Shown here one piece after another: positions 37,115 through 49,644 of a stretch of 64,000 bases of DNA. Numbering within the stretch: the stretch's first letter is position 1; every line of letters starts with the position of its first letter. The position numbers were made by a program, and so were the translations under genes. The DNA is from Chiloscyllium plagiosum (lineage: Eukaryota), in the NCBI RefSeq assembly GCF_004010195.1, contig NC_057718.1, positions 49,687,239 through 49,751,238 on the forward strand. The letters run 5' to 3'. Under the pieces are notes generated by a model. It was given only the letters and a program-made list of their open reading frames with translations, was not told the origin of the DNA and did not search any database.

Positions 37115-38450
37115 TACATCTGTCAATGGGAAACCTATCTTAAAGAATGTAACAGCAGAGCATTTAGGAACATGTACTATGATCAAGCAGAGTCAGCATA
37201 GTTTCATTTAAGGGTAATCATGGCTGAAAAAATCTATTGAAATTCTTTTGAAGATGTTACAAACACTGTAGATAAAATGGAATGGTTAGGAGGTCATGGT
37301 ACTGAGGATATCATATTAGGATAGATAGAGGAATAGAGAGTTCGGATAAAGGGGTTATTTACAGCAGCCTGTAACTAGTGGAACGCTCCAAGGATCAAGG
37401 CTGGGATCACAATTATTTATAATATATATTAATGAATTGGATAAGAGAAACAAATATGATATCATCAAGTTTGCAGATGACACAATAATACATGGGAAGG
37501 CCAATGATGAAGATGATACAAAGACTCCACAGAGGGTCATCGACCCTTGAAGTGTTTGGGCAAAAACATGACAGATTGAAAATAATTTCAGAAAATGTGA
37601 GTTTATACTTTGTGAGGAAGAATAGAGAAGCTTAATATTATTTAAATGAATAAAGACTGTGGAAAGCTGCTGTAAAGAAAATACAATGCATTTACATTTA
37701 TGTGTCCTCGTGCATAAATGACAAAAAGCAATGTACAACCTTAACCCTAATACTAACCCTTAACCCTAATATGAACCTTAACCCTAATACTAACCTTAAC
37801 CCTCAACCTAAACCTAACTTTATAAAAGTTCAGCAAGTAGTATGGAAGATATATGGACTATTGACTGTTATTTCAAAGGAATGGAGTGTATAAAGAGGAA
37901 GTTCTTGCAAAAATTATATGAGATAATACTTGAGCTACACCTGGAATACTATGAAAAGTTTTGGTCCCCCATCTAAGAAAATATGCATTAGTATTGAAGT
38001 CAGACAAGGTAATATAGGTTGATCCTGGGTTTAGAGGGATTTTCTTAAGGGGAGAGATTGACTAGGTTGGAACTGAACTAATCAGAGTTTAGAAGAATGA
38101 GAGGACAATCTTGTGGAAACATCTAAGATTCTTTGGCGGCTTACAGAGTAAATGCTGAATCAGAGGGAACAAATTCAGAATTAGGGTTCACCCATTTAAG
38201 ATAGAGATAAGGAGGAGCTTCTTCTTTCAGAGGGTAGTGATTCTGTGGAATTCTTTACTGTAGTAGTTTTGCAGGCTGAATTGTTCAGTATATTCAAAGT
38301 CAAGATAGCTGTGGAATCCCTTATTGATTAAAAACCTATGGGGAAAAGGCAGAAAAGTGGATTTGAGCGTTATCAGATCAGCCTTTACCCTCATTGATTT
38401 GCAGAACAGACTCAATGGGCCAAATATGCCTCTGTCCTTCGTCTTATGGT
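37115..38450 (+). mobile_element. Old CR1 LINE RT and 3' fragment
   Basis: SGTLQGSRLGSQLFIIYINELD and IIKFADDT at ~37377-37483; CR1 3' UTR. Confidence 0.8.
37737..37819. repeat. Degenerate telomere-like (CCCTAA/CCTTAA) tandem array
   Basis: aaccttaaccctaatactaacccttaaccctaatatgaaccttaaccctaat... Confidence 0.8.
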
Positions 38451-38864
38451 TTATCCAGGTTTCACAGAATTGGCTTCATATCCCATCATACCTGCAATAT
38501 TGTCTACAGCTCCCTTCACAGTGGTCACAGTTACATTATCTACACTAAGGCAAAAAGTATGCATCTTAAGTAATTGTCTCATTTTATTGGTGAGCCAAAG
38601 CCCACAATAGCAATTTTGCTTTTGGTAGCAAGTTGAAAATCTACTGAGAATGAAGCAGTGAAGTAAGTCCAGCGCCATGTTATCTCACACTTATCTGTGG
38701 ATAAAATTAGATATTTTGCAAACACCATGAACAGTCTTTGCAAAGATTTCTCTGATCTGACTGTCTGTGGAGCTCATTGTGCTTAGGTAGTTGACTAATC
38801 ATGATGAGGAAAGCTCAATCATACTAGTTACCATTACTATTATTACTTACTATTAAATTGATGA

Positions 38865-39057
38865 AATAGAGATATACATCAAGGAAACAGACCCTTTGGT
38901 CCAACTTGTCCATGCCGACCAGATATCCTAAATAAATCCAGTCTCATTTGCCAGCATTTGGCCCATATCTCTCTAAATCCTTCCTATTCTTGTATCCATC
39001 CAGATGCCTTTTAAATGCTGTAATTGTACCACCCTCCACCACTTCCTCTGGCAGCCC
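38865..39057 (-). mobile_element. CR1 LINE 3' end
   Basis: Similar to the 3' UTR at 2370-2550. Confidence 0.75.
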
Positions 39058-39176
39058 ATTGACAGTTGTTTGTACATTAAATTAAACATTGCCCAAAATG
39101 TCAATGATCACTACCAATGTAAAACTATAGAGAATTCTCAAATGGCTAGAGAACCTTTCTTTTATTCATTTACAGA

Positions 39177-39488
39177 TGGGCGGCATGGTGGCTCAGTGGT
39201 TAGCACTGCTGCCTCACAGCACCAGAGTCCTGGGTTCGATTCCTGCCTGTCTGTGTGGAGTTTGCACATTCTCCCTGTGTCTATGTGGGTTTCCTCCGGG
39301 TGCTCTGGTCCCCTTCCACAATCCAAAGATGTGCAGGTCAGGTGAATTGGCCATACTAAATTGTCCATAGTGTTATGTGCGGTAGTCAGGGGTAAATATA
39401 GGGTAGGGGAGTGGGTTTCTCTTCGGAGGGGTGGTGTGCACTTGTTGGGCCAAAGGGCCTGTTTCCACACTGTAGAGAATCTAATCTA
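39177..39488 (+). mobile_element. HE1/V-SINE-like SINE, near full length
   Basis: Pol III A box (tggctcagtgg) and B box (ggttcgattcc), CR1-like tail, aatctaatcta end. Confidence 0.9.
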
Positions 39489-40424
39489 AAAACCTCCAGA
39501 AATTGTGTAATGCTATCTTACGACGAGCTTTGATTTTATTCCCTGTTCTGATATTAGTGCATTTTCCAATGATATATTTTTAGTGAAGTAGAAAAGTGCA
39601 TACCTTTCTTTTCTTCCTGAAGTAAAGGACTACATTAATTTATTATGATTCTTTTGTGTCTGACCATGAAGTACCTAGTAGCTAAATTTATAAAATCTTG
39701 TCAAAATAAACAAGTATTAAGAGTTTGTGACTTACTAAGTGTTCTTGCTCATAACCGTGGGTATAAATAGATTTTTTCTATGTGTTGAGCATCATTCTGA
39801 GTGAAGAATAACTATGTACTCTGGCTAAGAATAGTTGAACATGTAATTAGAAATCAGGCTCAGTTCTCTGATCATTTGCAGAGTTTTCACAACATGGTTA
39901 TAAATGAAGGTCACTTTCCTATGTACTGCAGATATGTAGATTAATGTTATCATACATTTCAACATAATAGTAATAGTGCAAGGATGTAACAGTGATGCAC
40001 ATCTGTATCAGAATAAGGCTTCTACAACAAAGTCAAAATACAGGCTATAAAGGACAACCTTACCCAGTCTGGAATTGAGACAGCAGTTCATATTAATATT
40101 GTAAGTTTAAATGAAAGGCCCTCTCTCAAGAGATTTGAGTTGATTCCAGTCAGTGGAATACCTCCTCAATGCCTATATAGATTACAAAGAGTACTGTAAA
40201 AGTCTGAACAATTGATTACTATTATATCAATTCCATAACAATCAATTCATTAAGATGTCTATACCTACCTATTGAGAGCAATGTTGATGGCTATACTGTT
40301 ATATATAAAAATCACATAGAATATGATAATTTTGCTGAAGCCATGATGAACCAAATATGGAACATAGTTTGTCCAAATTGAAAAGTTGTAAGTTTGAATT
40401 TGCATCTTTGAATTTTGGATGGAG

Positions 40425-40780
40425 GGGAGGCAACAGCATAGTGGTATTATCGCTGGACTGTTAATCCAGAGACCCAGGAAATGTTCTGGAGAGCTGGGTT
40501 TGAATCCTGCCATGGTAGATGGTGGAATTTGAATTCAATAAATACCTGGAATTAAGAATTTAATGATGACCATGAATCCATTTTCGGGAAAAAACACCCA
40601 TCTCGTTCACTCATGTCCTTTAGGAAAGGAAACTGCCATCCTTACGTTTGATCTGGCCTATATGTGACTCCAGGCCGACAGCAATGTGGTTGGCTCATAA
40701 CCTTCCTTTGGGCAAGTAGTGATGGGCAACAAATGCTGGTCTAGCCAGTGATGCCCTCATCCTGTGAATGAATAAAAAAA
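40425..40780 (+). mobile_element. tRNA-derived SINE of a second family
   Basis: B-box-like gggtttgaatcc at ~40496; A-rich end gaatgaataaaaaaa; tail resembles the end of the LINE at 9230-10730. Confidence 0.65.
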
Positions 40781-40789
40781 ATTGTTCAG

Positions 40790-41800
40790 GTGATGTTGAT
40801 GGTTGCTGGTCATTCCAGCTTGACTGTGGGAAGATACCGGAGAAAAGATTTATGAGGGGCAGAGCCAAGACTTGGTTGTTAGTGTAATAGGCAGAGATCT
40901 CAAAAGAGATCGAGCATCTTGATGCTGCCTGTGAAATGTGCATTCCTTTCAGGCCTGAGGAGTAAGAACTATTTATTCCAACCTCCTTTCTGGCCACATG
41001 TATTTAGATTTGACAGATGATTTTACTTTATTGCTGTTGACTACATTTCACACAGGATAGAATTAATAAAGTTATATACCATCATGACAAATGCCATTGT
41101 CTGAATCCTTCATAAAGGTTCAGACTATTCATGGGATCCCTGATGTGGTCATTTCAAAAATGAACCACAATTTGCTAATAAGTCTTTCGGCCATTTTTGC
41201 AGCTAGTTCTGGGTTTGAATGAGTCACAAGCTCATCAAAGTTAGCCCCAGGGCAGTTAAGCATGGGATCCAAGTGCTCAAGTCTCATTTTGAAGGAAAAT
41301 ATTGACATTAATACAGGCTTTCTAAATGACCAAATCACCCCATCCCATTGCAGTTTATAACCATTAGATTCATTGTTGGGCAGAAAATTGAAGGCTCAAC
41401 TCCCTATCCTGCCAAACTTCAGTTGACTCTATACTTAAGTCCATGGGACTATAATATATGCAAGAACAATGTTAGCTGGGGCAGCAAGCCACTCAATATA
41501 ATAGACTTCACTGCACATAACAGTTGATGCACATGGACTGATAGCAAAAATATGGAACTGGGACATTAACAAGAAAGGTAAAGTAATTCAAAAACCACCA
41601 ATCCAGAGCATTTGTACCTTGTTCATACAGCAGAGGAAATTGCACTGAAGAACTACAGGAACCTTGTCTGTTTGTCAAACATTTGTCAACCAATTATTGT
41701 TTGCTTCAAAGTCAGTGAAGAACATCATGAAAGTAATTATTTACAGTCCTCACAGGGTAAAGAATAGAATCAAGGCCAACAGTCCTTAAGCTAAAGACCT
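40790..41800 (+). mobile_element. Highly decayed Ty3/Gypsy LTR-retrotransposon integrase region
   Basis: HGIPDVVISK-EPQFANKSFGHFAASSGFE.VTSS (~41130-41235) matches the Gypsy IN core (GIPxxVxSDNGPQF); LLLLTTF/VDY-like segment ~41030-41050. Confidence 0.65.
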
Positions 41801-42804
41801 GGCAATTGTCCAACTCCAAAGAGAACAAATTTGGGAGGAATTGTGAAATCTCCAGATGACCTGAAGGTGTGAATTTAGAGAATGGGGGAAGATAGGGCAG
41901 TGGTAGACATAACTATATATATGAATGTATAAATATTAATTGGAAAGGAAAAAATCAATGGAGAGAGAAGTTGTACATTATCCTCGTTCTGAAAGCATTA
42001 GTATTGGAGTCTCAGAAAGCTCCACCCAAACAGCTAATGTCATAAGGACTTGGGTGGAGAAAGGCATAACATCTTAAGGAAACATCACAAAGGAAAGATA
42101 TGTTAGCCTGGATCTTCTCTTCGTCTTTGTACCAATGTTTAACATATTAATATAAATTGTACTTGATTATTGAAAAGGAATAACCTAAATATTATTTAAG
42201 ACACGACTCTCTTCATTTTAAGACTCACTAGTGAATTTCCTCTGTCATTGTCAACAAAGTAAGTCCTTAGATACAGTCAATGGGAACGGTGGCAGCAAAT
42301 TAACCCAACCACAAGCTGATGCTGGTTGGCATCACAGCAATATACACCGGCTAACAACACTTTAAATCATATTTTTTGCTTATTTATTTAATTGTTTCTC
42401 TTAATTCCTTGAATACAATTTGAATGCATCTAAATAACAGCGCTTCAAAAACATTTCATTGGCTTCGATGCTTTTCAAGATATCCTGAGGATACAAAAAC
42501 TAATATTTAAAATTAAGTTAGGCTGACTGAAATAGTCTAAAGGATCAATGTGATTTTCTAGCTCAATGGTGCTTCATCATTGTTCACAAAAAAAATCACA
42601 TTTCACAATCAATATGTTATACAGCATACGTGACATTTATCTCGAAGAATGCATATATCCTATTTCATTATCATAAAAGTAACATTGAAAAAACTTAATT
42701 TATCATTATTGACAGAAGTATCCAATTGAATTTCACCATTTATGTGCTCAATATACTTCCGTTTATCTTGATACTGTTATACAAACAACTGTTCCCTTTG
42801 TTCA

Positions 42805-43110
42805 AGGGTCAATCATAATGGGAGGCATAATTTTAAGATGAGAGACAGGAGCTTTACAAGGGATTTGAGGAAAATAATTTTCACCCAGAAGGAGGTGGGA
42901 AGCTGGAATGCATTAGCTTGAAGGGTAGTTGAGGCAGGTAACCTCACAACCTTTAAAAAGTACTTGGATAAGAATGTCATAATATCCAAGGCAGTGAGCC
43001 TAATACTGGAGAATGGGACACACGTAGATTTAGAGTATCTTTTTGTTGGTGCAGACTCCATGGACCAAAGGGCCTTTTCTGTACACTGTGACTCTATGAT
43101 TCTGTATGAT
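42805..43110 (+). mobile_element. CR1 LINE 3' end
   Basis: FTQKEVGSWNAL and a gactctatgattct tail. Confidence 0.75.
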
Positions 43111-44282
43111 TGATACATTTGAAAAAAACGTCAAAGTTTTAATTTCATTGGCAGGAGAATCAGGTTTCCAAATTGAATAGTAATTCATATTAGAGCATAG
43201 AACATTACAGCACAGTACAGGCCCTCGATGTTGAACTGACCTGTGCAACCAATCTGAAGCCCATCTATCCTACACTATTCCACTTGCATCCATATGTTTA
43301 TCCAATGTCCATTTAAATGCCCTTAAAGTTGGTGAGTCTACTACTGGTATTGCACCAGTTCATTTGACAAGAATGGGATTAATGGCGTCAAATGTCCTGG
43401 TAATTTATTAACACATTTGTTTTGACAGATTAATTATTTAGATCTTTAGTAATATTGATACGTAGTGTGGAATACTATTTTATTGTTTTGGAATTTCAGC
43501 TCAGTCTTAGCTTCCAATACACACCATGAATTGAGCACTCTTAATTATTCTGCATTTCCGTGCAACATATGGGGAAAGAAGATTGCTCTCAGTATATCTG
43601 CAGTCTATCTTGGTGTAGATACACAGCGTACTTTTAAAAATTCTGACAGTGCGAATGAACATTGCTGGCAAGGCCTTGAGAAGATGATGAGCCACTTTCT
43701 GAGGTGCTCCGGTCGGTCTGGTGTTAGGAAGGAAGTTTAAGGATTTTGGCCCAGCAACACCAATCCATCCGTGGTGAGAAATTTAGGAGAATTATACAAG
43801 AATTATAAAGCAGGAAAAACATGTTGCAATTTCAGCATTTCAGGCAACAAGTTGAGATTCTCACAAGGAATAATAATTGAGTTGGATGAAAATTTTAGGA
43901 AGTGCATAGCCTGTGGTGTTGGCAGGAGGGGCTACCGAGAAGGAATGTTTATGTTTTGGGGTTCACCAAAGGGAGAGACTGAGGCCTGAGACTCACTGTT
44001 CAAAGAGAGACCCTTGTTACCTTCCCTCATGCTTCATATAACTAGCGTACGATGGAGATGAAAATGCTGATGACCTCAAAAGCTGGAGTGGGTGGAGTAA
44101 GTGCTTCAATCAGAGAGTAAAGGGGGCTTTGATATCAAGCACGGTGAGGCCCTTCAAAGGGCAGCACATTTACACAGACACCCATAGACTGAAGCTAAAA
44201 CACACAGATTCGTACCTGCTTTGTGAACCTGAGGAATCAGCATTTTGTGTGCAGTTCAAATGCTTGTGCCAAGTTCTTCTGA

Positions 44283-45180
44283 TGTGTAGGTGCCGGTGTT
44301 GGACTGGGGTGGACAAAGTTAAAAATCACACAACACCAGGTTATAGTCCAACAGGTTTATTTGGAAGCACTAGCTTTCGGAACACTGCTCCTTCATCAAG
44401 TAGCTGTAGAGCAGCATCATAAAACACAGAATTTGTAGCAAACAATGTCAGTGTTATGCAACTGAAACGATGTATTGAACAAACCTAGATTGCTGTAAAA
44501 TCTTTCATCTTTCAGAATGGGTTGCAGATTTCAGTTCATTAATACGTAAATCCCAGAATTTCTTTCAAGTCACGTTCTCATGCGCACTCACATGCACACA
44601 TTCAAATGAACACACAAACTCTCTCTCATGCACGCACGCGCGCGCGCGCATGCACGCACACACACACACACACACACGTCTATGTGGTGAATTGCATTTG
44701 CAGAATTGTATTTCCAGATATCTTCTGTTTTGCTCAAAAGCACACAATCTGCAGGCAGTAAATGCAGGCACTCAATCCATATAACATTTTATGAATTCCT
44801 ACTTTGGAAATAGAACCAGTTTGACTCAAGGTTGGGATACAGATAGACTTAACTTCACACCTTTAATGCATTGTCTGAATTGAGCTGTCACCTTTGCTTA
44901 TAAAACCTTAAGTTACCTTAAGAATGTGACTCATAAGTGGTTCTGGGATTTACATATTAATGAACCAAACCCTGCAACCCATTCTAAAAGATAAAAGACT
45001 TAACAGCAATTTAGGATTGTTCAATATATCATTTCAGTTGCATGACACTGTCATCTTTTACTATAAATTCTGTGTCTTATGATCCTGCTCCACAGCTACC
45101 TGTTGAAGGAGCAGCACTCCAAAAGCTATTGCTTCCAAATAAACCTGTTGGACTATAACTTGGCGTTGTGAGATGTTTAA
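44283..45180. mobile_element. Long palindromic Penelope-derived element (~270-bp inverted arms)
   Basis: 44318-44579 is inverted relative to ~44919-45180; hammerhead-like cores in both arms; TSD-like ccaagttcttctga (44269) / ccaaattcttctga (45181). Confidence 0.8.
44628..44678. repeat. Compound (CG)n/(CA)n microsatellite
   Basis: atgcacgcacgcgcgcgcgcgcatgcacgcacacacacacacac. Confidence 0.9.
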
Positions 45181-46551
45181 CCAAATTCTTCTGACCATAT
45201 CATACAAGATAACAAATGAATCTCAAGAATGGCTGTCAGTAGCAATTTTTTTTGACTTAGAAAGATAGAGCAAAGTCACCAAATACCAGCAACCTCTGAG
45301 TTCCCTGTAGCCTGCACATGGTGCAGGAGCTGCCCAATTTACATCTCAGTCTATCGAACTTTGTGTCTAAAAAGGATAAGCAAGCTCCATTCTTTTAATT
45401 TTGCAGTTGTGCTCAGACAAAGGCTTGGACACATATCTGATGGTGAAGAGTGAACACATATTCATAAATGTGAAAATCCATTTCCGATGACATGTCGCCC
45501 TTGCCACCTTTGTTGAGGTGACCTTTTTTGTCTATAGACCCCAGGCTTGCTGACTACCCAAAGGCATGCTCACAATCCTCAGCCTGAATTCCCACCGGGT
45601 TGGAAGATGGCAGGCCAGCCATCTTTGGAGTGTCCTGAGAGGAAACTTCTGTGAATGGGGGGGGGGGGGCTGCCTGTGGTTCCTCCTTCAGCTGGGTGAC
45701 AATCTACTCGGCCCTGTCTTCTTGTGAGGAAGGGACACATACCTCTGTCTCTCTGACGCACGTGCTATTATTGCTGAGCAGCTATGGTTAGAGCGAAGAT
45801 GATCAGGTCTATGTGCATATCCAGCAGAGCCAGAATCTGCTGGAGCTGACTAATCCAAATCAGCCACCAATGTGACCATAGAGGTAGCCAGATACGCATG
45901 CGCCTAAGGTAGAAATGGCCCAAAGACACTGCTGCAATCCTGTGTCTGCTTGAGCAAATGTGAAGTCTTTCATTGCCTTAATGGAGGTCCTCTCTTGCCT
46001 GGGCCATGCAACAGTGACAGTGGTAAAGGATAGTCCTTGGTGACAAATGGGATGCAGTAGCAGCGATAGAATGAGTAAGAGATAGCAGATGGAGATAGAT
46101 TAGTGTTCGTGCATTGACCTTCTTCCTACTTTGCTGGGCGTTCCTCCAGACCATGAAGAATACTTTGAACTTGACAGCAACCTTGGTCCAGGCTGGCAAA
46201 GTCTGGAGTTATGGCATCCAATGTTGGTCCTGTGGAAAATGGATGGCCAACTCTATACCACCCTGTCCACCAGGATACGCAGGTCCTTCTCCACAAAATA
46301 GAGCAGCAATGTCCCGTTCTATCATGTCTGGGGTGAATGCCTGCAATGTGAATGTCTGGATGTGCAACAGCCTTTTAAACATGGCACTGATTGCAGGGAT
46401 GCCAATATATATCCCAGATATCCCAGCAATGGCAAGTATGTCCAACTACAGTGAATGGGAGAATTGGGCTAGCGTTGGATGAGAGGGCCACCATAGGGGC
46501 AAGGTAGTTTATGCTGAGATATGTTTGAGATGACTAAGAGAAAAAACTTTT

Positions 46552-47217
46552 GTGAGAAGATTTGTAGCTCGGGTGCTCATTGTTGTGGCTCTGTTTGCCG
46601 AGCTGGGAATTTGTGTTGCAGACGTTTTGTCCCCTGTCTAGGTGACATCCTCAGGCTTGGGAGCCTCCTGTGAAGTGCTTCTGTGTTGTTTTCTCCGGCA
46701 TTTATAGTGGTTTGTCTCTGCCACTTCCGGTTGTCAGTTCCAGCTGTCCGCTGCAGTGGCCAGTATATTGTGTCCAGGTCGATGTGTTTGTTGATAGAAT
46801 CTGTGGATGAGTGCCATGCCTCTAGGAATTCCCTGGCTGTTCTTTGTTTGGCTTGTCCTATAATAGTAGTGTTGCCCAGTCGAACTCATGTTGCCTGTCA
46901 TCTGCGTGTGTGGCTACTAAGGATAGCTGGTCATGTCGACACGACATGCCAAACAGAGAACAGCCAGGGAATTCCTAGAGGCATGGCACTCATCCACAGA
47001 TTCTATCAACAAACACATCGACCTGGACCCAATATACTAGCCACTGCAGCAGACAGCTGGAATTGACAACTGGAAGCGGCAGATACAAATCACTATAAAT
47101 GCCGGAGGAAACAACACAGAAGCCCTTCACAGGAGGCTCCCAAGCACTGAGGATGTCACCTAGACAGGGGACGAAACGTCTGCAACACAAATTCCCAGCT
47201 CGGCGAACAGAACCACA
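46552..47217. mobile_element. Poseidon-like PLE inverted pLTR pair
   Basis: 46584-46853 is inverted relative to 46947-47217; encodes AKQRTAREFLEAWHSSTDSINKHIDLDPIY (GIY-YIG C-terminus). Confidence 0.85.
47144..47183 (+). ncRNA. Minimal type I hammerhead ribozyme motif
   Basis: gca-CTGAGGA-t-gtcacct/agac/aggggac-GAAA-c-GTC-tgc; stem I gca/tgc; catalytic core intact. Confidence 0.8.
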
Positions 47218-48854
47218 AGAGAGAAAATTCATGAGGTCTCGCGGAGAGAAACGCTCCGTGATATTTAATGAAAATGATACTTATCCAAAATATGAGAAGA
47301 TTCAGACCTGCATGCTAAGACATGTGCAGAGTTGTTGGATTTGTTCAGTGTCAGTGGCCTGTGAGTCAGCTTCATCCAAAGTAACTAGAGAAAAGAAATG
47401 AAGAATATATCTTACATTGGTATTTTAAGAAACACCTTAAAAACAGCATTCAGCAGAATGAATAACATGAAACTGTATTTACAAATTGTTTTGTATTATT
47501 GAGTGAGTCAGAGAAAGTAAATAAATGAAAAAAAAGCATTGGAATAAAATATTATTTTCTTTAATTTTGTTCCATCATTAGATTTAATTATAACTGAAAG
47601 TAGGAAAGGTTGAATGCAACTCCTGAACCGTGACCTTGCTTCCTTCTTTCACAAACCGTGCTCTCTCAATAACCAAACTGCCAAAGCTATCCTAGGCTGC
47701 ACCCTCACCTGGTGTGTGAAGGAGAGATGAAGGATCTCTCTTCTATGCACTGTATGCTCAAGAAAAGTATTAATACATTGAACAGGAAAACGGATGCTGC
47801 TATGTGGACCTACACTGAAAGCTATGTCAGAGTGCAGTCCATATTTGTCTAATTATACAAACATGCATCATGCATAAAAAGGTAATATTGTGGGAAATCC
47901 AGTCAAGAAACTGAAGGAAAAAGCATATATGGAAAGTATGATTGTGCTCTGAAGTATCTTTTAATGGGTATGCTTTGAAAGGTATTGTGATACGCAAGTT
48001 TAATACACAGAATTGTTATAAGAGAATATTTTGTCTCTAAACTTGATCGAGCTGGTAGTTATTAAAATTTGTACAACTCTATAGTCTTGTCTGCAATAGT
48101 GTACAATATATTCTTATTTCCTTGTTTCTTGCCAAATACATTGAGATTCACTTTGAGAGCTTTTGGCTATCTCTTTCTCTCCTGAAAATGCTCCAATGAA
48201 ATCTCCACAGTCCCACCTGTAGATCAGAGCATTTTGCAAATTAAAATGACTTGATAAATAAAATGGTGATTAACTATATTTTGATGATTTTTGCCTACTG
48301 TCCCCCTACAATGCTATTGTAGAACTACAGAATGTTAATGGCACTGACCACTAAAAACATCAAAGAAAAAATATGCGCACACTCGGTTCGGAGAACATGA
48401 ATGATGCCATCAAAGGCACTTATTGAAATCAGGAGGATGTTGACTTGAAATAAATACCACTTTACATGTCTACATTTTTACTATATGGACTTCTCAAAAA
48501 ATGATTGCATTACATAAAAATAGAAGTCAATCATTCTAGGTTCCCAAGCTGCTATGCCACAATGCGGATGTTATCCCATTATCAGCAGATTTAAACTTGC
48601 TAAAACATCGGAAGTTACCTCAGGGACTAAACCAAAATAGGATTCTAGTGAATTGAGTGGCATCTTAAACAATATTGCCAACAGTTTATTAACCTAACAG
48701 GAACACTATCTTTGAAGTACAACTATTTAAATTTAGTGAATAGATCCACAATTGTTAGCTATTTTATTTATACTTTTATTTCAAATGCTATTTTGGCAGG
48801 TATTGACTGCTGAGTGTGACAGTGGGCCAACGTACGTGAATGGATAGAACCGCA

Positions 48855-49041
48855 TTAAAAATCACACACTACCAGGTTAGAGTCTAACAAGTTTATTTGG
48901 AAGTACAAGCTTTCAGAGCTACCTGATGAAGGAGCAGCACACTGAAAGCTTGTACTTCCAAATAAACTTGTTGGGCTATAACCTGGTGTTGTGGGATATT
49001 TAACTGTGTCCACCCCAGTACATCACTGGCACCTCCACATC
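48855..49041. mobile_element. Small palindromic Penelope-derived element
   Basis: Inverted arms 48857-48915 / 48943-49003; CTGATGA..GAAA at ~48922-48947; TSD atggatagaac at 48840-48850 and 49042-49052. Confidence 0.8.
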
Positions 49042-49644
49042 ATGGATAGAACTATGTTAGAACGCTTGAGGATTTATCGCAGCAAATAATGGAAATTGAA
49101 TTTGTTTTGAGGAGTAAACTAACAAAAAAGCAACTATCCAGGCTACGTTTAAAACGGGGAGTGTGAAAAATCTAAACTTGCTACAGAAAATGTTGGAAAT
49201 ACCCAGCAGGTCAGACTGGTGAAGCAGATTTAATGTTGCAGGTTGGTGAGCTTTGAGCAGCACTGGAAAATATTGGTTCATGTCATAAGTCTTTATCTAA
49301 TTCATTTATACATGATGTGAGTGATGCTAGTAGGGACAACCTTTATTGCTCATCCCTAATTGTCCTTGGAGACAGTGGTGGTGACCTAGGTTCATGAACA
49401 AAGCTACCAGACTATTTCAGAATATTGTGACAAATCAATCATACTGCCTTGGATCTGAACACACAAATAGATGAGACTGAGTCAGGAGTTAATTGTCACA
49501 ATTGATAAATAGAGAGCATTGACTTAATGGTAGCTTGAGCATATAGAAAGCATTACAAGAGTTAAATGGAGTCAAGATACAGCAACCTTTGTTTTAACTG
49601 GCAATTACAAATCAACACTCTCAATAAACCGGCAAGACATATAC

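Larger units (their letters stand above)
45500..47310 (-). mobile_element. Second decayed Harbinger-like remnant (Myb/SANT-like ORF)
   Basis: Minus-strand PAWTKVAVKFKVFFMVWRNAQQSRKKVNA (46199-46110) parallels 34527-34750; TIR-like aagattcagacc near 47297-47308. Extent uncertain. Confidence 0.45.

Noticed and set aside
39177..39250. tRNA genes
   Set aside because: A/B boxes are SINE heads followed by SINE body and tail; no complete cloverleaf.
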